64,000 bases of DNA from Eledone cirrhosa (taxonomy: Eukaryota), in contig OZ024740.1 of assembly GCA_964016885.1 (NCBI GenBank), forward strand, positions 197,966,001 through 198,030,000. Direction: 5' to 3'. The translations under genes and the position numbers were made by a program. The notes under the pieces are model-generated. The model saw nothing but the letters and a program-made list of their open reading frames with translations, was not told the origin of the DNA and made no database searches. Positions 41,826-56,485 of the stretch are shown here, piece by piece (position 1 is the first letter of the stretch; every line of letters begins with the position of its first letter).

Positions 41826-42625
41826 ACTAGTAGCAGTACCCAGCGTTACCTGGGTAGGTAAAGTAATATCTGCTTTGATGCAAAAGTGCTGATCTTAGCG
41901 ACTGCTTCTCCATGACTCATCTATGGCCACACATAGGCCATGCCGGGGAGGGTGATGATGACCTCTAACACTGAGAACGCGGGTGACTGACGAAGGGGCG
42001 TGCTGGGGGAGGGAGTTTCGAATTTGAACGAAATCGGTTGAAAAATGTGGGAGCTAGAGCCGAAAAGGCGGAAATTTGAGCGAAAATGTAGTATTTTCGA
42101 ATATTTAAGAGATTTCCACGACGTTCCTGAACAAAAAATCCCTAATCTAAAGGCAATTTAAGACGTGAAATAATCAGATCTAGCATAGTGTAGAATTTGA
42201 ACAAAGTAGGTTGATTAATGTGGGAGGTAGAGCCGAAAAAGTGGAAACTTGAGTCTAAAAGTGGTATTTTTGAATATTTAGGCGGCTGCCACGCCGTCCC
42301 TAAAGAACAAATGCAAAATATAAAGCCATTACAGGATGTGCAATGATAAATTCTGTTTTTTTTTTAAATTTGAACGAAATCAGTGGCAAAATGTGGGAGC
42401 TAGAGCCAAGAATCTTATTTTTCGATACCTAAAACAAGGTGACACCCCCTATCGATTTTTATCTGCAGAATGACCCCGGAATAAAAAAAAGGATACGCTG
42501 ATATATAGAAAATACTCCCCGATGACTAATCTATGAGCCTGTAATGTTTAATGAAAATCGATCGTAAGATGTAGGCCCCTATAGGTAATACACAGACACA
42601 CACACACATACTTAATTTTATATAT
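41826..42625 (+). mobile_element. Non-autonomous Helitron/Helentron-associated (HINE-like) element with internal ~170-bp tandem repeats
   Basis: Starts actag..tacccagcgttacctgggta (subterminal hairpin). Internal repeats gaatttgaacgaaatc..tgtgggagctagagcc at ~42020, 42193 and 42368. Ends acacagacacac..ttttatatat. Confidence 0.55.
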
Positions 42626-42657
42626 ATACATATATATATATATATACATATATATAT

Positions 42658-42774
42658 AACGAAGGAAATGTGGTAAGGAACCAGGTGGACCATAACGCAC
42701 CAAAGTACTCAATACAGTCCAGAATTATCCGTAGAAACGGCTTGAGCTCAGCCGTCGGGGTCTTACTGGTTCCT

Positions 42775-42775
<1 letters not shown>
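42658..42775. mobile_element. Second locus of the 2640-2832 family (inverted tail + direct body)
   Basis: 42658-42713 is the reverse complement of 2776-2832. 42717-42773 matches 2695-2753. Confidence 0.7.
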
Positions 42776-42864
<89 letters not shown>

Positions 42865-42866
<2 letters not shown>

Positions 42867-43948
42867 TAGAAGCAGGACCCGGCGTTGCACGGGGTAGGAA
42901 ACGTGAAATAGCAACACGCATATGCAAATATTGAGGAATGTAGCTGTACTTTTTGAATTCCCTTATTATGAGGCAATGATTGTTCATCTACTGGAAACGT
43001 AGAACACCATCAGGTCGGATCTAGTAGAAGCAGTGTCAGTGGGCTGATTACGGAAATCCTGTATGCGAAAGGAGTAAGTAAGTGTTGTGGGGCGATGTTT
43101 GTCATAAGGCTGTCCACGAATTACGTCACGGATGGGGAACACACGTCAGTCTGACCGAGCAACGTAGTCAATTGTGTGCAGACCAAGTAGGGATGTCCGT
43201 TTAAGCAGGGATATTGACATGACGAAATCAGCGTGGCAACAAAGGTGCGACAAAGGGGGTCACCGCGGAATTAGCACAACCGCTGTTCGGCGTACTTGCT
43301 CAGGGCGTTCTTACTGCGGTGTATGTGCAACAAAAGTGGTCTTAGTAGAAGTAACACAGACGTGAGTTTTACGGTGTCAATAACACGGCAATGTACACAG
43401 GGCCCGGATTTGCGCGTGATGAAAGCACGAAGCGTCAACAGGGCACCGACAAAAGTTTTAGGTTCTTCCTCATTTCCTCAATCCCCCGAAAAGTGTCCTG
43501 CTTAAAATTAAGTAAATGTTGTGTCCTCTGTTAAATAAACCAAATTTTTAACGAAATATTATACGCTACTTACGATGTTTAAGTAGCGTTTATATTGAAA
43601 ATGAAAATGGCAAGTCATGCCCGATGCTAATTCGTAAATTTCCTAGAAACCATTAATGGAATCGGAAATCATTTTGTCCACAGCAATGCAAGGGGACTAA
43701 CTAATGGGTGCTGCAAATTTCGAGGAAATCAGCTGGATTATCTTTAAGTTACGCCTCAAAAAGCCTAAAAATGCCTTTAAAATGCGGTTTTCGCCTATGG
43801 CAGAAAAAGTTAAAGTTGTTTTAGCCCATTGCACTTCAACAAATAAAAGTAACGCATGTGTAAAGTTTGAAAAACATCGGTCGGGTACTTCTCGAGTTTT
43901 AGGGATTTACACAGACAGACGCCCTCTGTTTTATATATATAGAGAGAT
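42865..43948 (+). mobile_element. Non-autonomous Helitron/HINE-like element
   Basis: actag..gacccggcgttgcacgggg start. The end reads gtaaagtttgaaaaacatcgg..acagacagac..ttttatatatatagagagat, typical of this class. Confidence 0.6.
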
Positions 43949-44437
43949 ATATGTGTGTGTGTAGGGTGGTGGGATGGTGGGCGGTGTAAATATATTTAGT
44001 ATATATGTGTGAGTGTGTGTGTGTGTGTGTGGGGGGGTGTAAATATATTTAGTATATATATGTGTGTGTGAGGTTTAAAATGTCGAAATATTGAAAACAA
44101 CCAAACATTAACTGAATTAGCATGCAATAATTGTTGGTATTAAATATATTTTGACACCAACCCACCGCTATGGAGACGACCACATGGGTCTGACAAGGTT
44201 ACATAATTCCATCTTTAGGCAATTGTAAATGAAATGTACAACCGAGATTTGGCAATCATTTTGTGGAAATTTTATGGCACTAGATACTACGCGGAATCGC
44301 GTGTCCACTGTCGTCATCGAAATGTGTATCACGACCGTATCAATAAAGGACTTTGTATTTCCTTATTCTAAAAATACTCCGTCATTCCTATGTGGAAAAA
44401 TGGATATTGAATTCTCGAATTGAATTGCATCATCGTT

Positions 44438-44498
<61 letters not shown>

Positions 44499-44538
44499 TC
44501 TCTCTCTATCTCCCTCTCTCTCTCTTTCTCTCTCTCTC

Positions 44539-44611
<73 letters not shown>

Positions 44612-44869
44612 TTATATAAATATTTATATATATATATATTTATATATAAAAACTCCTTATATATATATATATATATAATAAATATAGTTTCCATTTAATT
44701 AATATCATTGAATATATATATATTTATTAAAATAACAGATTAAAGTTTAAGCAGAGAATCGATGCTTTCACCCTTAACGGGATCTTCTGAAATTGAAAAG
44801 ATCAATCTGTGAACGCAGAAGTAAATATTTCGAAAATCGTTGCAACCGAAAGAAGACAGGAAGACGATA

Positions 44870-47800
44870 CTTTGGTTCGTGGAAACGTTTCCTGGCAAAG
44901 AACGAAAGAAAACGAAGATAATACGTCATTATTTGGAGCGTTGCAAACAATTACACGCAAAGACAAAACCACGTTTATGGTATAAATGAAGTCGTAGACT
45001 AATATTCTATTAGGTGGTTCGTGGAGACGTTCCCTGGCAATGAACGGAAACGTGGTTTTGTCTTTGCGTGTAATTGTTTCGACCGCCCCAAATAAACAAC
45101 AACAGCAGCAGCAACAGCAACTACAGGAGCAGCAGCAACAGCAACAACAACAGCAACAGCGGCGGCGGCGGTCGTAGTACCAACAGCAACAACAAAGGTA
45201 ACAGCAGCTTTGACGAAAACAACAACATGAAAGAAAAAACAATCTCGTTTGCAGGTATCGCAAAGAACCTGGAAACCATTTTTATAACAAATGAGGAATT
45301 ACAGGAAGCAAGGCAGATGGTGACGAAAACGCCACACCGAGCAATCTGCAAGGCAGCCGAAACATTTTTCGAAACCCAACAGCACTGTACGGTCACGTAC
45401 TGTACAGTAAGCACAAAATCACATAGGGGAGAAAGAGCCACAGAGGCTCAAATACAAAAAGCCTTAGGGTCTGTGTGGCAGCGGAAAACGCATATCACCC
45501 GAGGCAAGAAATATGCCACTGTGGACGTGCTTTTTGCCACACCCCAGGAGGCAAAGGCTCAATCCTTAGTAACCTAAGGAGCGAGGAAATGGTGTTGGTG
45601 CCCTCCTTCTGCGGGCAAAAAATTGTGAGGGTCAAACTGACCCAAGTCCCCTCCCCACCCCGGGATGGCCCCTTCTTGGCTGGCCACGTCTGTGCTCGTC
45701 GGAATCGAGGACGAAACAACCGTACTGCAAGTACAGAAAAAAGTACAAAAACATTGGGACGGCACCTCCATTGAGATGTTAATTCAAACCAACCAGGAGT
45801 GCATCGAAGCTATCCCGGGTGTGATAGACTTCGATAACGGCACTCAACTTCCCATAAGTGTTGAGGGCAAACGCCCGAAAGTCTTTCGCTGTGGGTCGAA
45901 GACTCACCTCAGGGCCTTCTGCAATGAGAAGACCCTGAGAAAGGAGACGCCCCCCCTCTTTCCGAAACCGGCTCCACTGCTACCAGTGGACAGGCGGCAA
46001 GCAGGAAGGATAGGTCAATGGCACACACACCCACACCACGGAAATCAAGAACAGCAGCAGCAGTGGAAGTATTAACAACAACAACAGTAATACCAACTGC
46101 ATCTGCAACAGAAACTCCACTGCAACCATCACCAACAACAATAAGTGAAAGAGTGGAGCTGGTACCCCTCCCCGACCTCACAGAATCGGACATGGAGTAT
46201 GAGGTGGGAGAGGGATGGCAAAAGGTCGCAAGAAGGAACAAACGCAGAAGCAGCGCATCGTCGCCTTCGAAAAGGGAGGAAAGAAATGAAAAAAGGGTTA
46301 ACGTTACTGCAAAGAGACTTACAGCAGCAACACCACCAACATGATCACCACCCACACTAGCAGTACCATTACCACCGGCGGCAACCCCACCGCCAACAAC
46401 ACGACAGCCTTCAACAATACCACCACAAGCACCAACATCGCAAACACAACAACAAAACACACACACCCAGCAACAACGACAAGAAAATAGCAGAACCACA
46501 CCCCACACCCAGAAAAAGAAATGCACAGCAAAAAATGCACACAAGAAACTAATAACTTACATAATTGAACACAGACATTTCACAGTACGACTACATAATA
46601 CAAGCACCAATCAAAACACCAAAGAACATAAGACTGGTAAGAATATCACAGAAACAATACACAAACATTAACATGAAATTCCCCAACGCAGTTGGTGATT
46701 TCAGAGACCTAGGAAGGATACTTAACCGGAGAGTATACTCGGATATACTTACAGAAGAGCCGACGACCAACCGAAGGGACGATTCAACGGTCCCTTCACC
46801 AGACGATCAAGGTAAGTGATCCTTTCTCACTAGCCCCGTTCCTCACCCAACATGACCGTATTCAGAATCGGAAGTGTAAATATGCGTGGCTTGAGCTCGG
46901 TTTGGAAGCAGTCACTTGTTTAACAACCTCAGGTCACTAAACATAGATGTGGTGGCCATCAGCGAGACGAGAATCTCCGAAACGCAAGCTTTCGCACCGA
47001 CCTTCGACGGTTACGATGTGTACGCATCTCCGAGCCGTCCGGGAGCGGGGGGGGGGAGTGGCTGTGTTGTTTCGGAAAGGCTTGGGTCTCGCCATACGGA
47101 TCATCTTCCTGGACCCAGAAGGTAAGTCGGAGGTGCTGGACGTAAGCGGCACCGAAGGCAACGCTTTCAGGCTAGTAGCCCTCTATGCCCCGACAGGGAC
47201 AGGACGCCCAGATTTCTTCCGACGTCTAGAGACCTTTCTTGGAACGTCCCGCTCTTTAGTGTTAGTGGGAGACTGGAACGGTATCTTGGATGCACGCTGG
47301 GATTGTGTGGGGCTAGTGGGGAGAAGAGGAGGGTGCAAGAGTCTCACCAACCTGCTCAGACGTTTTGACCTGTCTGACAGGTATCGACTGGATCACCCGA
47401 ATATGCCAATGTGGACATGGACAAACCGCATCGGGTCATCCAATCGTATCTCGCTAGGGCATTCTGCAGGGAACTAGATAAGGCTAGTATAAGTTGTCCA
47501 CAATTTAAAATAGTTGACTACACAGACCACAAATTTGTGATCTGTAAGATCGACATAGACAGACTTCATAGACAAGGACCCCGTTACTGGAAGCTGAACG
47601 CGTCTTCCCGGCGCGCAAAGCCTACAGAGACCGGATTAGCGTATTAGTTAAGCGGGCGTTTACGGGAGCGGTCGTCAACAACAGGAGGTTGTTCGCCCTG
47701 AAAAGGGCTATTAAAGTAGAGTCGATTAGATTTAGCAAAGGACTAGTGATAGAGAAAAATAGAGTAGAGGGAGAGCTAGTCAGAAAGCTAGAAGAGGCGT

Positions 47801-49262
47801 TTAGGACAGGCATCGCAACTGACGTGCTTGCGGCGAGATTGGCATTCAACCAATTCTTCAACGTTAAACACGAAGGCTGCGTTGTCAGAGCTAGAGCGCG
47901 TGTTCTGAAACATGAGGGGACAAAAGCCGTCCAATGGGCCCGGGTGGCAGAGGCGCGACGTGGCAACAAAGCCACAATTCGGTCTTTGTCTGACAAAAAC
48001 AGGTGTGTGTTGCTCGAACCCGAGCAGATGTGTGAAGCTTTTCAGCAGCACTTTGCTGAACTGTTCGGGAGCAGCGGCGGCCCGGATCTGCACAGTGTTG
48101 TGAAAAGCCAATAACAGCCGGTGAAATACGGGAAGCGATGGCTAACTGCACGAGGGGTAAATCGCCAGGTTTGGATGGTCTGCCCTACGAGCTTTATGCA
48201 TTTATGCCAGATATGTTCGGTGACCTCTTGGCAGACGTCTACTGCAACTGGTAGCAGAACGGGAGCATTCCCAGTGTTGTCGATAATTTCAGGCCCATAA
48301 CCCTACTAAACGCAGAGTTCAAGATTTTGGCCAGGTGTTAGCAACGAGGTTGGCTCTTGTCGTCAAGGGTCTGGCGGGAGAGGCGCAGACATGCGCCATT
48401 CCGGACAGATCGATACACGACAACCTCCACCTTATGCGATACATCATAGAGAGGGTGGTTAAGGAACCTGGCACGGGTGGGGCCCTGATCAACTTGGATC
48501 AATCCAAAGCATTCGATAGGGTCGACCATCGGTACCTCGCGGCAGTCCTGGAGGCAGCCGGTTTCGGGCTCGTTTTCAGGGGTTGGTTCGCTACGATGTA
48601 CAGCGACATCTGCTCAGTTGTGAGGGTGAACGGTCACCTGTGGCAGCCGTTCAGCATCATGCGCTCAGTCCGCCAGGGTTGTCTCCTCTCGTCCCTCTTA
48701 TACGTATTGGCTCTCGAGCCGTTACTGCACAAGCTGGGGGCGATGAGGGGCGTCCCACGCGAACTATGATGCGGGAAATCCGAGTCGGCTCACGCCGACG
48801 ACATCACCTTGGTAGTGTCAAGCACCAGACACGTCCAGATGCTCGGCACCGCTCTCAAGGAATACGAATCGGTGAAAGGAGCAAAGATAAACCGGGAAAC
48901 GTCTGTGGGCTTGCAGCTCGGCACCTGGAGATGCAAGTTCATGCCGTCCGACAGCGTCGTGGGGTGTTCGACGGACGGACCGGTTAAATTGCTCGGGGTC
49001 TGGTTCGGACCGGACCTCCAGATGGAGAAAAACTGTAACGAGGTGACGAGCAAGGTGGCCTCCCTCACCCAGAAACGGGCCGAGAGGAAGCTCTCCTTGA
49101 AAGTCCGGGCGGAGGTGGCGAATGCGTACATCGCATCCGTGATCTGCTACCGCCTCACTGTCGTCACTTGCCCCGGCCCAACTCTCACCAAAATGGAGCG
49201 CCTCCTCTTTCGTTTTATGTGGAAGGGACGCGCTCCCATGGTCAGACGATCCATCTGCTGCA
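44870..49262 (+). mobile_element. Tx1/L1-clade LINE copy A (ORF1 + ORF2 APE-RT), 3'-truncated and degenerate
   Basis: ORF1 pieces 45074-46819 include a CCHC-like FRCGSKTHLRAFC. ORF2 from 46852 has APE motifs (VAISETR, LVGDWN, TDHK, YWKLN) and RT motifs (KSPGLDGLP, LDQSKAFDRVDH, VRQGC, AHADD). The 5' boundary is uncertain. Confidence 0.88.
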
Positions 49263-51756
49263 ACACCCGTTGCTACTGCAAAAAGACTTACAGCAGCAAC
49301 ACTACCATCACCATCACCACCGGCGGCAACCCCACCGCAAACAACAACACCTTCAACACCACCACCACAAGCACCAACATCGCAAACACAACAACAAAAC
49401 ACACACACCCTGCAACAACGACAAGAAAATAGCAGAACAACACCCCACCCCCAGAAAAACAAATGACTTACATAATTGAACACACAGACATTTCAAAGCA
49501 CGACTACATAATACCAGCACCAATCAAAACACCAACGAACATAAGACTGGTAAGAAAAGCACAGAAGCAATACACAAACATTAAAACGAAATTCTCTAAC
49601 GAAGTTGGTGATTTCAGAGACCTAGGAGGGACACTCAACCGGAGAATATATTCGGATATACTCACAGAAGAGCCGACGACCAGCCGAAGGGACGATTCAA
49701 CGGTCCCTTCACCAGACGATCAAGTGAAAAGGGATGGAGAAACCATCCTTCCTCTACGAGAAGTAAGGTAAATGGTCTTTCCCATCTTTTCCACTCCATT
49801 TCAACATGACCCCATTCAGAATATGCAGCATAAATACGCGTGGCTTGGGGTCGTCATGGAAGCAGGGCCACCTGCTCAACGACCTCAGGTCACTAAACAT
49901 AGATGTAGTGGCAATCAGCGAAGCACGGGCCTTCGCACCGATGTTCAGCGGCTAGGATGTATAATCATCTCCCAGCCGTCCTGGATCGGGGGGGGGGGGG
50001 GAGTTGCTGTGCTTTTTTGGAGAGGTTTGGATCTCGCCATATGGGCCATCTTCCTGGACCCAGAAGGTAAGTTGGTGGTGCTGGACGTGACCAGCGGAGA
50101 CGGGCAAGCTTTCAGGCTAGTGGTCCTCTATGCCCCGACAGGGACAGGACGCCCAGATTTCTTCCGGCGTCTAGCGACCTTTCTAGGAACGTCCCGCTCT
50201 TTAGTGTTAGTGGGCGACTGAAACGGGATCTTAAATGCACACTGGGACTGTGTGGGATTAGCGAATGGGGGAGGAGGGTGAAAGAGCCTCACCAACCTGC
50301 TCAGGCGGTTTGAACTGTCTGACAGGTACCGATTCGATTTCCCGAATGTGCAAATGTGGACTTGGACAAACCGCATCGGGTCATTCAGATCATATCTAGA
50401 TAGAGTATTTTGTAGGGAAATAGATAGGTCTAGCATAGGCGGTTCACAATTCAAGATAGTCAGCTACACGGACCACAAATTCGTGATCTGTTTGCTTGAA
50501 TTAGATAGGCTTCATAGACGAGGACTCGGCTACTGGAAGCTAAACGCGTCCTTACAAGCGCGCAAGGCCTACAGAGACCGGATTAGCGAACTAGTTAAGC
50601 GGGCGTTGACGAGGGCCATCGTCAACAACAAGTGGTGGTTTGCTCTGAAAAGAGCGATTAGAATAGAGACCATTAGGTTTAGTAAGGCTTTAGCAATAGA
50701 GAAAAATAGAGCATAGGGAGAACTAGTTAGAAAATTAGACGAGGCGCTTAGCAAAGGCATCGCGACCGACCTACTTGCGGCGACATTGAACAATTCTTCA
50801 ATGCAAAGCACGAAGGCTGCGTTGTCAGAGCTAGGGTGCGTGCTCTCAGACACGAGGGTACGAAAGCCGCTCAATGGGCCCGACTGGCGGAGGCGCGTCG
50901 TGGCAACAAAGCCACGATCCGGTCTTTGGTGGACCACGACGGGCGCATGCTACTCGATCCCGGGCAAGTGTGAAGCTTTTCAGCGACACTTCGCTCAGTT
51001 TTTCGGGGGAAGCGGTGGGCCGGGTCAAGGGATGGACTTTAGTGTCTACCTCGACAGACTACCGCGGCTCTCGGCCACTGAGGCGGAGTGTTGCGAAAAG
51101 CCGATAACAGCCGCTGAAGTACTGGAGGCAATGACTGGCTGCACAAGGGGTAAATCGCCTGGTTTGGATGGTCTGCCCTATGAACTTTACGTACAGATGC
51201 CAGACTTGTTCGGAGGCCTCTTGGTGGACAGCTACTGCAACTGGCAACAGAACGGGAGAATTCCCAGCTCTGTCAGCCGAGGAGCGGTGGCGCTGCTGAG
51301 AAAGGATCCGAACAAGGGAGATAACATAGATAATTTCAGGCCCATAACTCTGCTAAACACAGAGTTCAAGATTTTGGCCAAGGTGCTAGCAAAGAGGTTG
51401 GCGCTTGTCGTTGGTGGTCTGGTGGGAGAGGCGCAGACATGCGCCATTCCCGACAGATCCATCCACGACAACCTCCACCTCATGCGATACATCGTAGAGA
51501 GGGTAGCTAGGGAACCTGGCACAGGCGGGTCCTTGATCAATTTAGATCAGTCGAAAGCTTTCGATAGGGTCGACCATCGTTACCTAGCGGCAGTCCTGAA
51601 GGCAGCTGGCTTTGGGCCCGTCTTCAGAGGCTGGATTGCTGCCATGCACAGCGACATCTGCTCTGTGGTAAGAGTGAACGGTCACCTTTCAGAACCGTTC
51701 AACATCATGCGCTCGGTCCGTCAAGGATGTCCCATCTCGTCTCTCTTGTACGTATT
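49263..51756 (+). mobile_element. Tx1/L1-clade LINE copy B (ORF1 C-terminus + ORF2 up to the QGCP motif)
   Basis: 49270-49722 repeats 46303-46810. ORF2 starts at 49806. The RT ORF 50786- ends at SVRQGCPISSLLYVL. Confidence 0.88.
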
Positions 51757-54700
51757 GTGGCCAGAGACTTGTGAAGATCAGGGTGACCCACGTTCCACCG
51801 GCCATCGAAATTCCCTGGCTAATGGCTGCCGTCCTCGCCGGCATCGAGGCCAACACCAAAATAATAGAAATAGCAAAAGAAAAGCAGGAGAACTGGTCCG
51901 GATCTGGGATGGAACTCCTGATCCAAGTGGACCATAAAAGCATTGAGGAGATCCCAGAGGTAATAGACCTCACTGACGGCAGCCACCTCACCGTAATCGT
52001 CGAGGGCAGAAGACCTAGGTGTGTCGTTTGTGGTGAAGGAACCCATCTAAGGGTTTTCTGCCCTCAGGCTAAAAGGTTGAGGCCACATTCCTTACCCACC
52101 CCAGTGACTCAACCATCAACACCACCAGCAGCAGAAATTGCAGCAACAACTGTAGCAGCAACAACAGAAGCAATTGTAACAGCAACAACCCCAGCAACAG
52201 TAGCAAGACCAACACCACCACCACCCAACGCGCCAGAACTAGCACCAGCGCCTACACCATCCACCACTCGACAACCAAAACCAACGCCTGTGGAGGATTT
52301 TCCACTCCCCGGCTTATCGCAACTGGAGACCGATTGTGACGACGAGGAGTGGGTAACGGTATCAGGAAAAAAAAAAAGAAACCAAAAAAGAAAAACATTC
52401 TCTTCCTTCCCCCTTCAAAAACAAAATACAGAGGGAAACAAATAAATTAACAAACAAAAAAGTTAGGACAAATATGCCACCATCCACACCAGCATCACCA
52501 ACCCTATCACCACAAACACCAACACCATCACCATCATTAACCCCAACACCACCATCACCAACACCATACAAGTCACCAACAAGCGTAACAGAAACAAACG
52601 CAAACAAAACAAATCAACCAAAACGATACACACGACACAGAATTAAATTTGAACAACCAATTATTACACTACATGCAACACAACACAATCATCACAGAAA
52701 AAGACTACACAACAACCCGAAAGTTCACACCAGCTCCACACATACAAATCACTCGCATCACACAGAAAACGTACACGACACTAAAATAAAAATTCCCCAA
52801 AGACATCGGAGACTTTCGACAAACACTCTCCAGGAGGATTTATAAGGACATCCTTCCGGAGGAGACCACAAGCAGTGAAAAGGATGGACAAACCATCCTT
52901 CCTCTACGAGAAGTAAGGTAAGTGGTCTTTCCCATCTTTTCCACTCCATTTCAACATGACCTCTCTCAGAATAGGCAGCATAAAGGCGCGTGGCTTGGGG
53001 TCGTCATGGAAGCAGGGCCGCCAGCTCAACGACATCAGGTCACTAAACATAGATGTAGTGGCCATCAGCGAGACCAGAATCTCCGAAGCACGGGCCTTCG
53101 CACCGATCTTCGGCGGCTACATATTCCTGGACCCAGAAGGTAAGTTGGTGGTGCTAGACGTGACCAGCGGAGACGGGCAAGCTTTCAGGCTAGTGGCCGT
53201 CTATGCCTCGACAGGAGTAGGGCGGCCTGATCTCTTCCGGCGTCTGGAGACCTTTCTTGGAACATCCCGTCTTTAGTGTTAGTGGGCGACTGGAACGGGA
53301 TCTTAGATGCACGCTGGGACTGTGAGGGATTAGCGGATAGGGGAGGAGGGTGCAAGAGCCTCACCAGCCTGTTCAGGCGTTTTGAACTGTCTGACAGCTA
53401 CCGATTGGATTTGCAGAATGTGCCAATGTGGACTTGGACAAATCGCATAGGGTGATCCAGATCATATCTAGATAGAGTAGTTTGTAGGGAAATAGATAGG
53501 TCTAGCATAGGCTGTCCACAATTCAAGATAGTCAGCTACACGGACCACAAATTCGTGATCTGTATGCTTGACTTAGATAGGCTTCATAGACGAGGACCCG
53601 GCTACTGGAAGCTAAACGCGTCCTTACCAGCGCGCAAGGCCTACAGAGACCGGATTAGCGAACTAGTTAAGCGGGCGTTGACGGGGGCCATCGTCAACAA
53701 CAAGTGGTGGTTTGCTCTGAAAAGAGCAATTAGAATAGAGTGTATTCGGTTTAGTAAGGCTTTAGCAATAGAGAAAAATAGAGCAGAGGGAGAATGAGTT
53801 GGAAAATTAGACGAGGCGCTTAGCAAAGGCATCGCGACCGACCTACTTGCGGCGAAATTGGCCCTTGACCAATTATTCAATGCAAAGCACGAAGGAAGCG
53901 TTGTCAGAGCTAGGGTGCGTGCTCTCAGACACGAGGGGACGAAAGCCGTTCAATGGGCCCGAGTGGCGGAGGCGCGTCGTGGCAACAAAACCACGATCCG
54001 GTCTTTGGTGGACCACGACGGGCGCATGCTACTCGATCCCGGGCAAATATGTGAAGCTTTTCAGCGACACTTCGCTCAGTTGTTCGGGGGCAGCGGCGGG
54101 CCGGAACGAGGGATGGACTTTAGTGTCTACCTCGAAGGACTTCCGCGGCTTTCGGCCACTGAGGTGGAGTGTTGCGAAAAGCCGATAACAGCCGCTGAAG
54201 TTCGGGAGTCAATGACTAGCTGCACAAGGGGTAAATCGCCTGGTTTGGATGGTCTGCCCAATAAACTTTACGTACAGATACCAGACTTGTTCGGAGGCCT
54301 CTTGGCGGACCTCTACTGCAACTGGCAACAGAACGGGAGAATTCCCAGCTCTGTGTGCCGAGGAGCTGTGGCGCTGCTGAGAAAGGATCCGAACAAGGGG
54401 GATAACATAGATAATTTCAGGCCCATAACTCTGCTAAACACAGAGTTCAAGATTTTGACCAAGGTGCTAGCAAAGAGGTTGGCGCTTATCGTTGGTGGTC
54501 TGGTGGGAGACACGCAGATATGCGCCATTCCCGACAGATCCATCGACGACAACCTCCACCTCATGCGATACATCGTAGAGAGGGTAGCTAGGGAACCTGG
54601 CACGGGTGGGTCCTTGATCAATTTAGATCAGTCGAAAGCTTTCGATAGGGGTCGACCATCGTTACATAGCGGCAGTCCTGAGGGCGGCTGGCTTTGGGCC

Positions 54701-56484
54701 CGTCTTCAGAGGCTCGATCGCTGCCATGCACAGCGACATCTGCTCTGTGGTGAGAGTGAACGGTCACCTTTCGGAACCGTTCAACATCATGCGTTCGGTC
54801 CGCCAAGGATGTCCCCTCTCGTCCCTCTTGTACGTATTGACTCTCGAGCCATTACTGCAAAAACTGGAGACGTTGAGGGGGGTCCCGCGCGAACTAGGAT
54901 GCGGAAGATCCGTGTCAGCATATGCGGACAATGTTACCGTTCTGGTGTCGAACGCCAAACACATCGAGGCGATCGGCACTACACTAAGGGAATATGAAGC
55001 GGTGACAGGAGCAATGATCAACCAGGAAATGTCAGTGGGCCTGCAGCTCGGCACCTGGAGAGGCAGGTCCATGCCGTGCAACAGCGTCGTCGGGCGACAA
55101 AAACTGGGACGAAGTGACGAGCAGGGTGGCTTCTCTCACCCAGAAATGGGCCGAGAGGAAGCTATCCCTGAAAGTTCGAGCGGAAGTGGCTAACGCGCAT
55201 ATCGCGTCCGTCATCTACTATCGCCTGACCGCCGTACCTTGTCCTAAGCCCCTCCTGACTGCGCTGGAGCGTTTGCACTTTTGCTTTTTATGGAAGGGAC
55301 GCGCTCCGATGGTCAGACGGTCCATCTGCTGTCAACACACGCTACGTGGAGGCCTGGGAATGCCGTGGCTGATGATGCGCAGACACGAGCTCAGGCTGGG
55401 ACATCTCCACCTCTTCCTCGACGGTGATCAGGTGTAGTCTCCGTTTGCTAGATGCGTCTTTCCTTACCTTGTCTCCTTGACAGAGCTTCAGACCTGGGTC
55501 AAGCGAAGACCGAGAGGGGACGCTTGGAGACTGGAATGTCTTCAGGCGCTCACAGCCCTCAACCAATCGGGCAATGTGATCGGTGGAAACTCCACCTTGG
55601 CGTTCTATAGAGGATTAGTGGAGGGGAAGAGCGACGACGTACTTGGGGAAACTCTAGGCGTCGACGAAAATCAGAAAATCAACTAGCCAATCTCTTCTGA
55701 AGAACTTTCGGGTTGGGGCTATGGACAGCTTCCAGAAATCCCTGGCCAGGCAGTGCTACCGACGAGCTTTGCCAGTTCGGGATAAACTATACAGGCATGG
55801 AGGTGCCGTCAACGGGCATGTCCGAGATGTGCGCAGCGCGACGAAACCGTCCTGCACGCACTCGTCCAGTGTCCGAGCATTGCTGACTTGTGGGTTTATG
55901 TTGAACACCTTCTGGCGCGTGTAGGACGGATCCGGCTATCAGCTGAGTCCATCGTGAGGATTACCCCGCCCTCTTCCTTTAGCTGGGAAGGGCAGGCAGT
56001 TTTTATCTGTCTGGTGGCCATGGCGAAAGAGATAGTATGGTGGACACGTTTGAAAGGGCTGAAGACGAGCACTTACCTCTTCGGTGATGCCCTGATTGAC
56101 TTTTTCAAATTTCATTTGAAAAGGAAAATCAGGGTAGAGAGGGAAGTGCTCTCTTCCCAGCATTTTGTTGAAAGATGGGTGAGAGAAGCTAGAATGGCCC
56201 AAGTGAATGGGCCTACTCTGAGTATGTGTCTGTAAATTAAAGGTGGAAAACTGGGAGAGGGCACTTGCCCTGGTGGTCAGGGTCACTGTGGCTTTTTAAT
56301 GGGCTTTCTCCACGAATGTCCCTCGGAAGTCTACCCCCTATTGGGGAATTTTTCATTGTTATTTTTTGTTACATCCTCTGTTTTTGTTTTTTACACGCAG
56401 AAATGTCCATTTGTACCGTCCTGTATTGTCCTGCACTGTCCTTAATGTCTACTTTATGTAAACCCTTGTGGTTAATAAAGAAAG

Positions 56485-56485
<1 letters not shown>
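51757..56485 (+). mobile_element. Tx1/L1-clade LINE copy C (partial ORF1 + whole degenerate ORF2 + 3' UTR)
   Basis: ORF1 has RPRCVVCGEGTHLRVFC. ORF2 52956-56235 has APE, RT (SAYADN) and a C-terminal CPRC..ETVLHALVQC. AATAAA at 56474 is followed by an (ATT)n tail. Confidence 0.92.

Noticed and set aside
42020-42410. Regularly spaced repeats as a CRISPR array
   Set aside because: The context is eukaryotic, the ~170-bp units have similar 'spacers', and no cas genes are present. It is an internal tandem repeat of a Helitron-like element.
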